A stretch of DNA of 62,041 nucleotides, filler included. It is 6 parts of 6 records of this genome, joined end to end, with 100 filler letters (N's around TTAATTAATTAA, not from the genome) between each part and the next. Parts side by side here need not be neighbours in the genome. Positions count along the whole stretch, not along the records: positions 41,865 to 62,041 come from DRR723986_2432; 5 more parts are not named here. The stretch is one strand, 5' to 3'. Shown in pieces: positions 52,852-61,587 of this stretch (its first letter is position 1; every line of letters begins with the position of its first letter). The translations under genes and the position numbers were made by a program. The notes below the pieces were generated by a model. It searched no databases. It was not told where the DNA came from and was given only the letters and a program-made list of their open reading frames with translations.

Positions 52852-53679
52852 TCAGGGGCGCTCTCCCGCTGCCAGACGGCTCTCGATATCGCGGATAACC
52901 CCTGGCAGGTCCTGTATCGAATCGATGACATAATGGGCTGCCGATCTCGCCATCACCTGGCGACCACGGGCCAGCAACGCTTCGCGATCGTTCTCCGGAA
53001 GGGCGTAAAACTGAGCTTCACTCAATCCGACTGAATTACCGGAGGCCACTACGGCCACCGTCCACATACCCGCATTCAGACCTTCCTCAATACCCGTCCC
53101 TGTATCGTCTACTTTGACGCAGGCCTGCACTGCGCCAATGCCCAGTTCGAGCGCGTTTTTCAGGCTCATGTGTGGTGCCGGTCTACCGGCCGGCACTTCT
53201 GTCGCCACAACCACGCTTTCCGGTATAAATCCCTGATCCGCGAGCCCCGGCAGCATAACGTTCACCATGTCTCGGCTATATCCGGTGTTCACCCCCAACC
53301 TGATGCCTTTTTCACGAAGCAGATCCTGAAGCGCCAGGGCACCCGGAATCAGTGTTGCCCGTTCCGCAATCGCCGCGGTCTGAAGGGGCAGAAATGCCTC
53401 ATAGAGGCGATCGACATCAACGGCCTCCGGCGCCTTACCATGAGTCTCCAGCCATTGGCTCCGAATGCGGGGCATCGCAAGCAAACAACGGATATGCTCA
53501 CGCTTTTCGGTCCCCATGGGCTCCCGGGCTTCGGTTTCGGAGACATCAATGCCCTCGTTCCGGAACAACTGGAGAAAGGCCTGAATCGGTGCCAGTGAAC
53601 CGAAATCCACGCAGGTTCCGGCAAGGTCCATAATCACCGCTTGCAGAGGACCGGTGTAACGACGGGTGTAACTGTGCAT
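52852..53679 (-). CDS. phnX: Phosphonoacetaldehyde hydrolase (phosphonatase)
   Basis: DLAGTCVDFGS, PMGTEKREHI (Schiff-base Lys), GRPAP, VKVDDT, GLNAGMW. Confidence 0.95.
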   Translation of the reverse strand: MHSYTRRYTGPLQAVIMDLAGTCVDFGSLAPIQAFLQLFRNEGIDVSETEAREPMGTEKREHIRCLLAMPRIRSQWLETHGKAPEAVDVDRLYEAFLPLQTAAIAERATLIPGALALQDLLREKGIRLGVNTGYSRDMVNVMLPGLADQGFIPESVVVATEVPAGRPAPHMSLKNALELGIGAVQACVKVDDTGTGIEEGLNAGMWTVAVVASGNSVGLSEAQFYALPENDREALLARGRQVMARSAAHYVIDSIQDLPGVIRDIESRLAAGERP

Positions 53680-53710
53680 AACGCTTCTTCCTTTTGCGAT
53701 CAGAGTGAGA

Positions 53711-54862
53711 TCATTGGTTTTCGAGATTGTCTGGCGCAGCAGCCGGAGGGGGTACCGGCACCGACATTCCCAGCGACTGACAGGCATCGGCAATCGCCGC
53801 CACCACTGCATCAATCTGCGGATCATGAAGTTGGCCAATACAGCCAAGCCGGAAGCTCTCCGCGACCGTCAGCTTGCCGGGATAGATCAGGAAACCTCGG
53901 GCCTTGATGGCCTCGTAAAAACGGGGAAAATCGAAATCCGGGCTGTCTGGAGACAGGAAAGTCGTAATGATTGGAGACAGCCATTCATCGGCCAGCAGAG
54001 TCTGGAACCCTAGCTCGCGAAGGCCCGCCACCAGTCGGTCTCGGTTTCGGCTGTAGCGGGCAAGACGACCGGCCACACCGCCTTCGGCCTCGTGTTCTCG
54101 CAGGGCCTGCAAAAAGGCGGCGACCACGTGGGTCGGCGGCGTATAGCGCCACTGCCCCGTTCTTTCCATGTACCGCCATTGGTCGTACAGATCCAGCGAC
54201 AGGCTGTGGCACTGCCCTTCGGACTCAGACAGCAGGGTCTTGTCCACTATGGCAAAACCGAAGCCCGGCACACCTTCAAAGCACTTGTTGGCGGACGAAA
54301 CCAGCGCCGCACAGGGTAACTCCGCCACGTTGACCGGCAACGCGCCAAACGCGCTCATGCTGTCGATAATCAGGCGCTTGCCAGCCTTTTCACAGACCTC
54401 GGCGATTTCAGGAATCGGGTTGAGAATGCCCGAACTGGTTTCGCAGTGAACGACCACCACCTGATCAATCTCCGGGTGCTGTCGAAGTGTCCGTGCCACC
54501 TCGTCACCCCGCGGCGGATGGTAATCTCCTTTGTCGATGGCCAGGCATCGACGGCCCAAGCGATCAAGAATTTTGCTGATTCGCTGTCCATAGGCTCCGT
54601 TCATCAGTACCAGCGTGGTGCTGTTCCGGGGAACCAGCGTGCCCAACGTGGCTTCCACCGCAAAGGTACCGCTACCCTGCATGGGAACGCACACATGACT
54701 ATCCTGGCCACCGGCCACACGCAGCAGACGCGCACACACCTCTGCGGTGAGCTCATTAAAGTCGTTATCCCAGGAGCCCCAGTCGTGCAACATGGCCTGC
54801 TTCACAGACAGACTGGTGGTCAGCGGACCGGGGGTCAGTAAATACGGATCGTTCGGGGTCAT
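53711..54862 (-). CDS. phnW: 2-aminoethylphosphonate--pyruvate transaminase
   Basis: [45 protein letters not shown]. Confidence 0.97.
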   Translation of the reverse strand: MTPNDPYLLTPGPLTTSLSVKQAMLHDWGSWDNDFNELTAEVCARLLRVAGGQDSHVCVPMQGSGTFAVEATLGTLVPRNSTTLVLMNGAYGQRISKILDRLGRRCLAIDKGDYHPPRGDEVARTLRQHPEIDQVVVVHCETSSGILNPIPEIAEVCEKAGKRLIIDSMSAFGALPVNVAELPCAALVSSANKCFEGVPGFGFAIVDKTLLSESEGQCHSLSLDLYDQWRYMERTGQWRYTPPTHVVAAFLQALREHEAEGGVAGRLARYSRNRDRLVAGLRELGFQTLLADEWLSPIITTFLSPDSPDFDFPRFYEAIKARGFLIYPGKLTVAESFRLGCIGQLHDPQIDAVVAAIADACQSLGMSVPVPPPAAAPDNLENQ

Positions 54863-54879
54863 TGGAGTCTCCAACGGAA

Positions 54880-56112
54880 TTAGCCAGTGCGTTTGCGGGC
54901 TCGTGCCGCAGCACAGCGGTGGATAAAATCAGGATCAAAGGGATCAATGGCGCCAAACCGGTCCAGGCGAAACGGCTCGGAAGTGACGAAGGTCGGCTGG
55001 CCGGCTATCAGTTCGCTGATGAATCGACCAATGCCTCCCGACATACCAATGCCGGCACCGGAACAGCCGGTTGCAGCGATAAAACCCTGAATGCCAGGCA
55101 TGGGGCCCAGCAGGTAGAAGCCGTCCGGGGTATAGCTGGAAACGTTGCTGACGTAGTGGGCCAACCGGAGTTCGTCCAGCAGGGGAAGCTGAGACCGCAG
55201 TGACGCGTACCCGTCCTCAAGGGCATGCTCACCCGCTGGATCGGTATCGAAGCGGAAGCCCTGCAGACTCTCGGGCAGGACCGCCGGGTCTGCAACCACG
55301 GCCTGTGCTTCCCGAAGACCGAACAGCAAACCGCCCACGTCTGGCCGCGCATAGGCGCCACTGTCGGGCAATATCGTCATCGGGCCATGGGCAGGAATAC
55401 GAGCGTCAGGTGCCGATATCCAGTAATGACTGCGCACCGGCGCCATGCCAAGGTGAACACCCACTTGCCTGGCCAGAGCCGTACTCCAGGGGCCGGCGGC
55501 ATCAACCACCAGGCCGGCCGAGAGCACCTCACCATGCCCGAGGCGAACACCCGTTACCCGGCCACCCTGCATAAGCAGGTCGCTGACACTTTGCTTCAGA
55601 CGAAACCGAACACCATGGCGGCGCCCCTCAGCGGCATAAGCCATGCACAACGAATAAGGATCAATATAGCCATCGCCCGGCAACCAGAGGGCGGCAGTAT
55701 CGGGTGTCAAATCAAGCCACGGAGCCAGTTGCATGGCATCCTGCACGGCAATCGCTTTTGCAGTCACGCCGGCCTCTTTTGCTCGCCGGGCTGTCTCTTC
55801 GAGCTGGCGCAGCCCGTCTGGTTGCGCAGACACCTGCAGACTGCCAACGCTTCTGAGCGGTAAGGGCTCACCGCTGCTCTGCCCCATTTCCTCAATAGCG
55901 CGAAAGGTTTCCATGGCCAAAGCCGTCAAGGCCGAATGCGGACGGATACGGGTAAGAAGCGCAGCCGCGTAGCTGGTGGTCTGCTCTCCCAGACCGTGTC
56001 GCTCAACCACGGTGACGCTGAGGCCGGGTAAACGACTGAGATATCGGGCAATCGCGCATCCGAGAATGCCGCCTCCAATAATGACGACATCCGGATGATG
56101 GGGTGTGGGCAT
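54880..56112 (-). CDS. FAD-dependent amine oxidoreductase (DAO/sarcosine oxidase superfamily; Pbf-like)
   Basis: [25 protein letters not shown]; first gene of the phnWX operon. Confidence 0.88.
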   Translation of the reverse strand: MPTPHHPDVVIIGGGILGCAIARYLSRLPGLSVTVVERHGLGEQTTSYAAALLTRIRPHSALTALAMETFRAIEEMGQSSGEPLPLRSVGSLQVSAQPDGLRQLEETARRAKEAGVTAKAIAVQDAMQLAPWLDLTPDTAALWLPGDGYIDPYSLCMAYAAEGRRHGVRFRLKQSVSDLLMQGGRVTGVRLGHGEVLSAGLVVDAAGPWSTALARQVGVHLGMAPVRSHYWISAPDARIPAHGPMTILPDSGAYARPDVGGLLFGLREAQAVVADPAVLPESLQGFRFDTDPAGEHALEDGYASLRSQLPLLDELRLAHYVSNVSSYTPDGFYLLGPMPGIQGFIAATGCSGAGIGMSGGIGRFISELIAGQPTFVTSEPFRLDRFGAIDPFDPDFIHRCAAARARKRTG

Positions 56113-56130
56113 GGTAGCTCCTCGCTCATC

Positions 56131-56142
56131 TGGTATAGACCA
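56131..56142. promoter_or_regulatory. Putative PhnR operator
   Basis: (C)TGGTATAGACCA(G). Confidence 0.85.
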
Positions 56143-56186
56143 GTTTGACGAGGAACTGTGACGGTTTTATGAAGACCCGATGACAG
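56142..56186 (-). promoter_or_regulatory. Pho box plus -10 of the oxidoreductase-phnWX operon
   Basis: Minus strand CTGTCAT-cggg-TCTTCAT-aaaa-CCGTCAC, 10 nt, CAAACT. Confidence 0.82.
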
Positions 56187-56210
56187 TCCGGAGACGATCT
56201 GCCGGAGCGG

Positions 56211-56939
56211 TCAGCTCACTTCAACCTGAATACTCAAGGCATCGTGCAGCCAGAACTCTTCATCGAACTCGATAAAGCCTCCCTGACCGTCCTGACTGCA
56301 ACGGGTGACATAGAGCCCTGCGGTACCAGCCGTTACACCGATGGCACTCGCCTGAGGATCCACCAACGCCGTGGGATACATTTCAATTCGCTTACCCTTC
56401 AGTTCCACGCCATATTGCTCCCGGAGAAGTTTCCAGAGCGAGCGGTTGAAATCGTATGTCTCAATGCCCGGCAAGCGGGTCGCATTCAGGTAAATGTTCT
56501 CAACCAGCACTGGCCGGCCATCAATCTGACGGCGCCGACGAAGCCAGATCACCGGATCGCCGACAGCCAGGCCGGTTTTTGTGGCAAGCCAAGCATTGGC
56601 CTCGGTCGCGGTGACATCCAGGGTTTCGGTTTCGGGCACTCGGCCCTGAGCGGTAACGTTGTCTGAGAAACTGTAATCGTGCGTTGGTTTGTAGATCAGC
56701 CGGGGCGGGGAAACAAACCAGCCACGGCGATTGGAGCGGTAGATCTTTCCCTCTGCTTCCAGTTGCGCGAGCGCGAGACGGGTGGTGACGCGGGTAGTGC
56801 CGAATTGTTCGGCCAGGATTCGCTCGGAGGGTAATCGGGTATTCGGGGTCAGCACTCCCTTGTCGATCTGCCCCGCTAACTGATCTCGCACCCTCAGATA
56901 AAGCGGCAGGGTACCCTCCGCAAACGCTTGCTGCTGCAT
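56211..56939 (-). CDS. phnR: GntR/UTRA phosphonate utilisation regulator
   Basis: LPSER, TTRVT.R.AL, IYRSNRRGWFVSPPRL, EFDEEFW.HDA. Confidence 0.9.
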   Translation of the reverse strand: MQQQAFAEGTLPLYLRVRDQLAGQIDKGVLTPNTRLPSERILAEQFGTTRVTTRLALAQLEAEGKIYRSNRRGWFVSPPRLIYKPTHDYSFSDNVTAQGRVPETETLDVTATEANAWLATKTGLAVGDPVIWLRRRRQIDGRPVLVENIYLNATRLPGIETYDFNRSLWKLLREQYGVELKGKRIEMYPTALVDPQASAIGVTAGTAGLYVTRCSQDGQGGFIEFDEEFWLHDALSIQVEVS

Positions 56940-56969
56940 ACTCCGCTCCTGTCACCCACAAAACCTGCC

Positions 56970-57003
56970 ACGCTAAGCCGGCACTGTGACGACAGTATGA
57001 CAG
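56970..57003 (-). promoter_or_regulatory. Pho box plus -10 of phnR
   Basis: Minus strand CTGTCAT-actg-TCGTCAC, 10 nt, TAGCGT. Confidence 0.78.
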
Positions 57004-57043
57004 AGCACGGGCGAAGGGCGTAAGTTCCTGAACCCGGTACGTT

Positions 57044-57084
57044 AAAACAAGAAACCCCAGGCCACATCGGCGGCCCGGGGTTTC
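57044..57084 (-). terminator. Intrinsic terminator after the phosphoesterase gene
   Basis: GAAACCCC(G)GGCC...GGCC(T)GGGGTTTC followed by TTGTTTT on the minus strand. Confidence 0.75.
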
Positions 57085-57115
57085 GGTCTATTGCTTTTCA
57101 ATGAGCAGAGATCGC

Positions 57116-59545
57116 TCAGTACAGCAAACTCAGCGACACGTTATCAAAGTAAACGTCGTTGTCGTTGCCGGCCTTGCGCTCACCGCCAATGTGCACCACC
57201 ACGCTGCGGACACCGGCCGGTAAAAAGCCCTCTATTGACTGGGTTTCCCAGCTCTTGATGGAGGTACTGGTACGCTCCGGCGACTGGTTCCACGCCACCG
57301 GCTGATCGTTCGCATCGCGCAACTCAATCCTCAATTCCGGTATATCATCCGCCGACCAGGTGGTCATTTGCGCCGAGAGATCCAGATACACCTTACCGGC
57401 GTCGATATCCTGCCCGTAGGACGAAATATCCACCTGCTGGAACGCCGAATCCGTGCAGCAGTCGCCAGGCAGTCCCTGGCCGAACCCTCGGCCCGCGAAA
57501 TAGTAGTCGCCCTCGACCGCACCAAAGCCCCCGTTGTTGTTGGCCGTGATGGCACTGACCAGTCCGCTCGACAGCGTCCAGGCCGACAGGTCTCCGGCTT
57601 CTGCATCACCATTGGTCAGCAGGTTCGGGGTGCGGGTGCCGGCCAGGCTGAAACTGTAGCCCTCACTCCAGGACGACCAGTTCATCTGCGAGTCTCTCAC
57701 CCGGGCCCGCCAGTAATAGGTGGTGCCGGGTTTCAGCCCCAGAGTGGGCCTTGGCTGGCCGCCGTAGGCATCGTAGGAGGAAACGTGCGTATTCTGAGAG
57801 GCAAACCGTTTGTTCCAGCGGTAGTAGTCATCCCCCCCCGGACGGACGGTCTTCAGGCTTAACAGCTCCGACAGATTCAGGCGGAAGATATCGGCGCCCT
57901 GCTGGGTATCAATGGCTTCATAGCCCTGATATTCATCACCGCCCACCTGAGTGGCTTCATCATAGAACAGATTGTGGCGCCGGGTTTCGTTACCCCATAC
58001 GTCAAACACGACCCCCTCGAACTGCTCATTCTCGGAGATCTGCCATTGCACTTCGTGCACCTGCTCAGGCGCACCCACGTTCACCGCCAGCTGAATATCC
58101 GTGGCCGGCAACTCACCCGTTCCCGCGGTTGCCTGCGGCAGGTTGTCATTGCGTTTACTGGCGAAGGTTACCTCATCCACCACCTCAAATTCGGTATCAC
58201 CGTCATACCCACCTTTTTTCCGCTGCAACGTCACCGAGGCGTCCGCTCCAAAACGGTACGTCAGCACGCTGTAACCAAACTCGCTACGGCTGACCTCAAA
58301 GGTATCGTAGTCGCTGATCTGATTGTTCTGATGATCGGCGTTGTCGAGTGGTTCAATGTAGCCTGAGGCACTGGCTGCGTTGAGCCACAGGTGCGGCGTG
58401 TTTAACGACTGCCCGCGGGAATAGGAATGAGTGTGCCCGAAGAAATGGCCGGTGACCGCACCGGTGCGGTCGCTGTATTTTTCCAGCTCAGACACCATTT
58501 CGCAGGAACCAATGCTTTCCCCCACATTCCACATCTCAGACAGGCAGCCGTGATGGAACATGCCCATCACGAAGGTCTTCTGCTGGATTTCGGCATCAAG
58601 CAGCGTTTCCCGCAGCCATTGGCGCTGAACCGCCAAGGTCTCGCGATTGAAACTGCCGTGGGCGCCCGAAATCGGGTAGCTGTCCAGCCCAATCAACCGA
58701 AGGTCCAGATAATCGATGAAATACCAGTGATCCTCATAGCCCACCGATCCGTTTTCCGGTGGCGACATGTAAGTTCGATACAGCTCCAGCTCCGCATTCG
58801 AGTAGTAGTCATGGTTACCCGGAACCGTAATCAGTGGCACGTAGGGTGTGATATCTGCCATTCGCCCGAACAGCTGGTCCCGCCAGTTGGAACGGTTGCC
58901 GCCGGTTTGTACCACGTCCCCGGAGATAGTGATGGCAGCAATGTTCTCGGCACAGGTCTCGGGCTGAGTACCGTTGCATTCCTCGGTCATGAAACCATCT
59001 GTCACCACGTTGTTCAGCACCACCTCGTAGATCTCCCGATCCAGCTGGGTGTCACTGATCGCAATGAACCGCGCCTGCTCAACATCGTCGCTCGCATCTG
59101 GCCAGGTTTTGAAGGCAAAGGCCTGTGTCACCCGCCCCACTCCGCCTGCGTCGTTCGTCAGCACGTAGTATTCGTATAAACGATTTGACTCGAGCCCCGA
59201 CATGACCGCCCGATACACCAGGCCATCCTCGGAGTGAACGCCAGCGTCAATCTTCTGAAACTCGTCCGAACTGCCGAAAGGACGCACCCACACCTGCGGC
59301 TGCGTGTTCTCGGTCTCAAACATCACCGTCATGGTATCGCTACCCGGTGCCTGCAAATACGGCCTGACAATAAATTCGGGGGGCTGCTCTGCCGAAGGCG
59401 CCGGCACCACCACAGGGTCTGGGTTGCCCGGCTGCTCAGTGCCAGGGGCCGGAGCTGCGTCAGAACTCGAACTGGAATCGTTACAACCTGTCAGCAGCAG
59501 GGCCGAGGCACCGGCTGCCAGCAGTATGCGGTAGGGGGAAGACAT
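57116..59545 (-). CDS. Lipoprotein metallophosphoesterase (purple-acid-phosphatase-like) with FN3-like and putative C-terminal carbohydrate-binding domains
   Basis: Lipobox LLTG-C21; PYLQ..MTVMFET N-domain; SDTQ, GDVV, GNHD, FHH, GHTH; YYWRARVRD...WSSWS; NLLTNGDAE...YFDNVSL jelly-roll pattern. Confidence 0.88.
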   Translation of the reverse strand: MSSPYRILLAAGASALLLTGCNDSSSSSDAAPAPGTEQPGNPDPVVVPAPSAEQPPEFIVRPYLQAPGSDTMTVMFETENTQPQVWVRPFGSSDEFQKIDAGVHSEDGLVYRAVMSGLESNRLYEYYVLTNDAGGVGRVTQAFAFKTWPDASDDVEQARFIAISDTQLDREIYEVVLNNVVTDGFMTEECNGTQPETCAENIAAITISGDVVQTGGNRSNWRDQLFGRMADITPYVPLITVPGNHDYYSNAELELYRTYMSPPENGSVGYEDHWYFIDYLDLRLIGLDSYPISGAHGSFNRETLAVQRQWLRETLLDAEIQQKTFVMGMFHHGCLSEMWNVGESIGSCEMVSELEKYSDRTGAVTGHFFGHTHSYSRGQSLNTPHLWLNAASASGYIEPLDNADHQNNQISDYDTFEVSRSEFGYSVLTYRFGADASVTLQRKKGGYDGDTEFEVVDEVTFASKRNDNLPQATAGTGELPATDIQLAVNVGAPEQVHEVQWQISENEQFEGVVFDVWGNETRRHNLFYDEATQVGGDEYQGYEAIDTQQGADIFRLNLSELLSLKTVRPGGDDYYRWNKRFASQNTHVSSYDAYGGQPRPTLGLKPGTTYYWRARVRDSQMNWSSWSEGYSFSLAGTRTPNLLTNGDAEAGDLSAWTLSSGLVSAITANNNGGFGAVEGDYYFAGRGFGQGLPGDCCTDSAFQQVDISSYGQDIDAGKVYLDLSAQMTTWSADDIPELRIELRDANDQPVAWNQSPERTSTSIKSWETQSIEGFLPAGVRSVVVHIGGERKAGNDNDVYFDNVSLSLLY

Positions 59546-59560
59546 GAAACTCTCCTTTAT

Positions 59561-59588
59561 TGGTATATACCAGTTTTGGTACCTACCA
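59561..59588. promoter_or_regulatory. Tandem putative PhnR operators
   Basis: TGGTATATACCA (59561-59572) and TGGTACCTACCA (59577-59588). Confidence 0.85.
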
Positions 59589-59654
59589 AAATAGAGGGAG
59601 AAAGTGTCAGTCCTGTGATTATTGTGTTGCGGTCACCTTAAAGATTCATGACAA
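59588..59654 (-). promoter_or_regulatory. Pho-box array (11-bp phase) plus -10 of the phosphoesterase gene
   Basis: Minus strand TTGTCAT-gaat-CTTTAAG-gtga-CCGCAAC-acaa-TAATCAC-agga-CTGACAC, 10 nt, TATTTT; inner half-sites are degenerate. Confidence 0.65.
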
Positions 59655-59655
59655 C

Positions 59656-59667
59656 TGGTACATACCA
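59656..59667. promoter_or_regulatory. Third putative PhnR operator upstream of the phosphoesterase
   Basis: (C)TGGTACATACCA(G). Confidence 0.82.
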
Positions 59668-59702
59668 GATGCCCCCTTGCGAACGACTCCGGTGATGCCT
59701 GT

Positions 59703-59744
59703 AACCGTGCCGGGCCGTCTCAAGCAGGCCTGCCCGGCACGGTT
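59703..59744. terminator. GC-rich hairpin downstream of the GST gene
   Basis: AACCGTGCCGGGC ... GCCCGGCACGGTT 13-bp inverted repeat; no clear U tract. Confidence 0.55.
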
Positions 59745-59774
59745 GTCATGCCCCGTATCTCAAAGCCGGCAAAA

Positions 59775-60410
59775 TCAGACCACTGCGGCTTTGAGCTGCT
59801 CTGCCAGTTCATCGTCCAGTGCGTTGGCACGTCTGGCCGCTGGCCGGCTTTCCAGTCTGTCGGTGTACTCCCGGAACACATCGAGCCTGGGGATGTTTTC
59901 CTGCATCATTTCCCACCAAAGATAACTACTCACCAGCACATCTGCAGCCGTGAACTGATCACCGCAGATATAGGGAGTTTTTGCCAGCGCTTGTTCCAGT
60001 ACCTTAATACTGTCGTTGACTGGCCCACATCCTACAGCCTGCTCGTTGCTGCTATCGATCCGCCAATCATAAGCGATGGCGCTGCTCGCCATTTCAAAAG
60101 GCCCCGCCATAAAAAACAGCCAGCGGTAATACCCGCCACGCTCCGGTGCGTGGAGCCCGGGAGCCAGATTCTTTTCCGGGAACCGATCGGCCAGCCAGGC
60201 ACAGATCGCGGCGACTTCAGTCACCACCACGTCGCCATGCTTGATAGCGGGCACCTTGCCCATCGGGTTAATGGCCAGGTATTCCGGCCCTTTCATATCC
60301 CCGCCAAACTCCAGTGTTTTCACCGTATAATCGGCACCCACTTCCTCCAGCATCCATCGAACCACGCGCCCGCGGGACATGGGATGGGTATAAAGCGTCA
60401 GATCTGACAT
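59775..60410 (-). CDS. Glutathione S-transferase family protein
   Basis: HPMSRG, INPMGKVP, EVAAIC, FTAADV. Confidence 0.93.
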   Translation of the reverse strand: MSDLTLYTHPMSRGRVVRWMLEEVGADYTVKTLEFGGDMKGPEYLAINPMGKVPAIKHGDVVVTEVAAICAWLADRFPEKNLAPGLHAPERGGYYRWLFFMAGPFEMASSAIAYDWRIDSSNEQAVGCGPVNDSIKVLEQALAKTPYICGDQFTAADVLVSSYLWWEMMQENIPRLDVFREYTDRLESRPAARRANALDDELAEQLKAAVV

Positions 60411-60477
60411 ATTGATCTCCTTTTCCTGCCAGTTGTTTTCGTGATTGTGTGTACTGCAGCGCCAGCTTATGCGGCAA

Positions 60478-60498
60478 TTAGGCAAGAATCCGTCCTAA
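60478..60498. promoter_or_regulatory. Inverted repeat in the GST/WYL divergent region
   Basis: TTAGG-caagaatccgt-CCTAA. Confidence 0.5.
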
Positions 60499-60556
60499 AT
60501 AAATGAAATAATTCGTGGCATCATCTGACGGCTGATTCAGCTCCCCGGAGGCGCCC

Positions 60557-61513
60557 ATGTCTGGCCCAACCACCCGTGTATTGACTGTTCTGGAACTACT
60601 TCAGGCTCATGGCCAGTTGGGCGGAGGGGAGTTAGCGCAACGGCTGGGCGTAAACCGGCGCACGGTTCGGCGCTACATCCGGATACTGGAGGATCTGGGT
60701 ATCCCTGTGATGACAGAACAGGGACGCTACGGTGGGTACAGACTGGTGGCGGGCTTCAAACTACCGCCGATGATGTTCACCAACGAGGAAACGCTGGCGA
60801 TCTCGCTGGGCCTGCTTTCCGCGAAGCAACTTGGATTGACCGATGCAGCGCCCGCTATTGCCAGTGTTCAGGCCAAACTTGAGCGGGTAATGCCCGACAA
60901 GCTAAAAGGTCGGGCTCGGGCCATCAGCGAGACAGCCAGAGTAATCCTGCCGCGCAAAGAGCCCAATCTGGATGAACATGCACTGGACACACTGGCCACT
61001 GCCACAGAAACCGCTCGTTCAGTCCATTTCATATACCACGCTCCACAACACCCCGAAATGGAGCGGAACATCGACCCCTACGGCCTGGTTTTCAGACAGG
61101 GGCGCTGGTATGTCACGGGATTTTGCCATCTCCGGTCGGCCATGCGCTCATTCCGACTGGACCGAATCAGCGAGGTTCAGCTGCTCGCAGACCGCTTCAC
61201 ACGGCCTGCAGATTTTGATGCCGCAGAATTCCTGCACCAGAGCTTCATGGCCTGGAACAATACCCACGCGGTATCCCTGACCTTTCATACCGATCCTGCA
61301 ACGCTAGCCTCATTATTTGATCCTGGCGAATACTGCCGTGATGGCATTCAGCAAACTGCCGATGGCCTTTTGATGGAAACCCACGTCGACAGCTTCGAGT
61401 GGTTCGCCAGCTGGCTAGCCCAGCTGACCTTTGCTTTCACCATTCATTCCCCTGCTGAGCTCAAACACGCGGTAAAGGCGCACGCCACTCGCCTTCTGGA
61501 TAGTTGCCGATAG
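60557..61513 (+). CDS. HTH-WYL-WCX (YafY-type) transcriptional regulator
   Basis: RTVRRYI, GRYGGY, LPPMMF, RNIDPYGLV...WYV.GFCHLR...RSFRLDRI. Confidence 0.93.
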   Translation: MSGPTTRVLTVLELLQAHGQLGGGELAQRLGVNRRTVRRYIRILEDLGIPVMTEQGRYGGYRLVAGFKLPPMMFTNEETLAISLGLLSAKQLGLTDAAPAIASVQAKLERVMPDKLKGRARAISETARVILPRKEPNLDEHALDTLATATETARSVHFIYHAPQHPEMERNIDPYGLVFRQGRWYVTGFCHLRSAMRSFRLDRISEVQLLADRFTRPADFDAAEFLHQSFMAWNNTHAVSLTFHTDPATLASLFDPGEYCRDGIQQTADGLLMETHVDSFEWFASWLAQLTFAFTIHSPAELKHAVKAHATRLLDSCR

Positions 61514-61587
61514 CCGTTGTCGATTTCGACCATTCCCAACCGACTAGACTCATAGACACAAACCAAACGTCCAGGAGGGTTATCGCA

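Noticed and set aside
52852-53679. PhnX DLAGT instead of DWAGT as a sign of inactivity
   Set aside because: The nucleophile Asp, Schiff-base Lys and DDT motif are all retained
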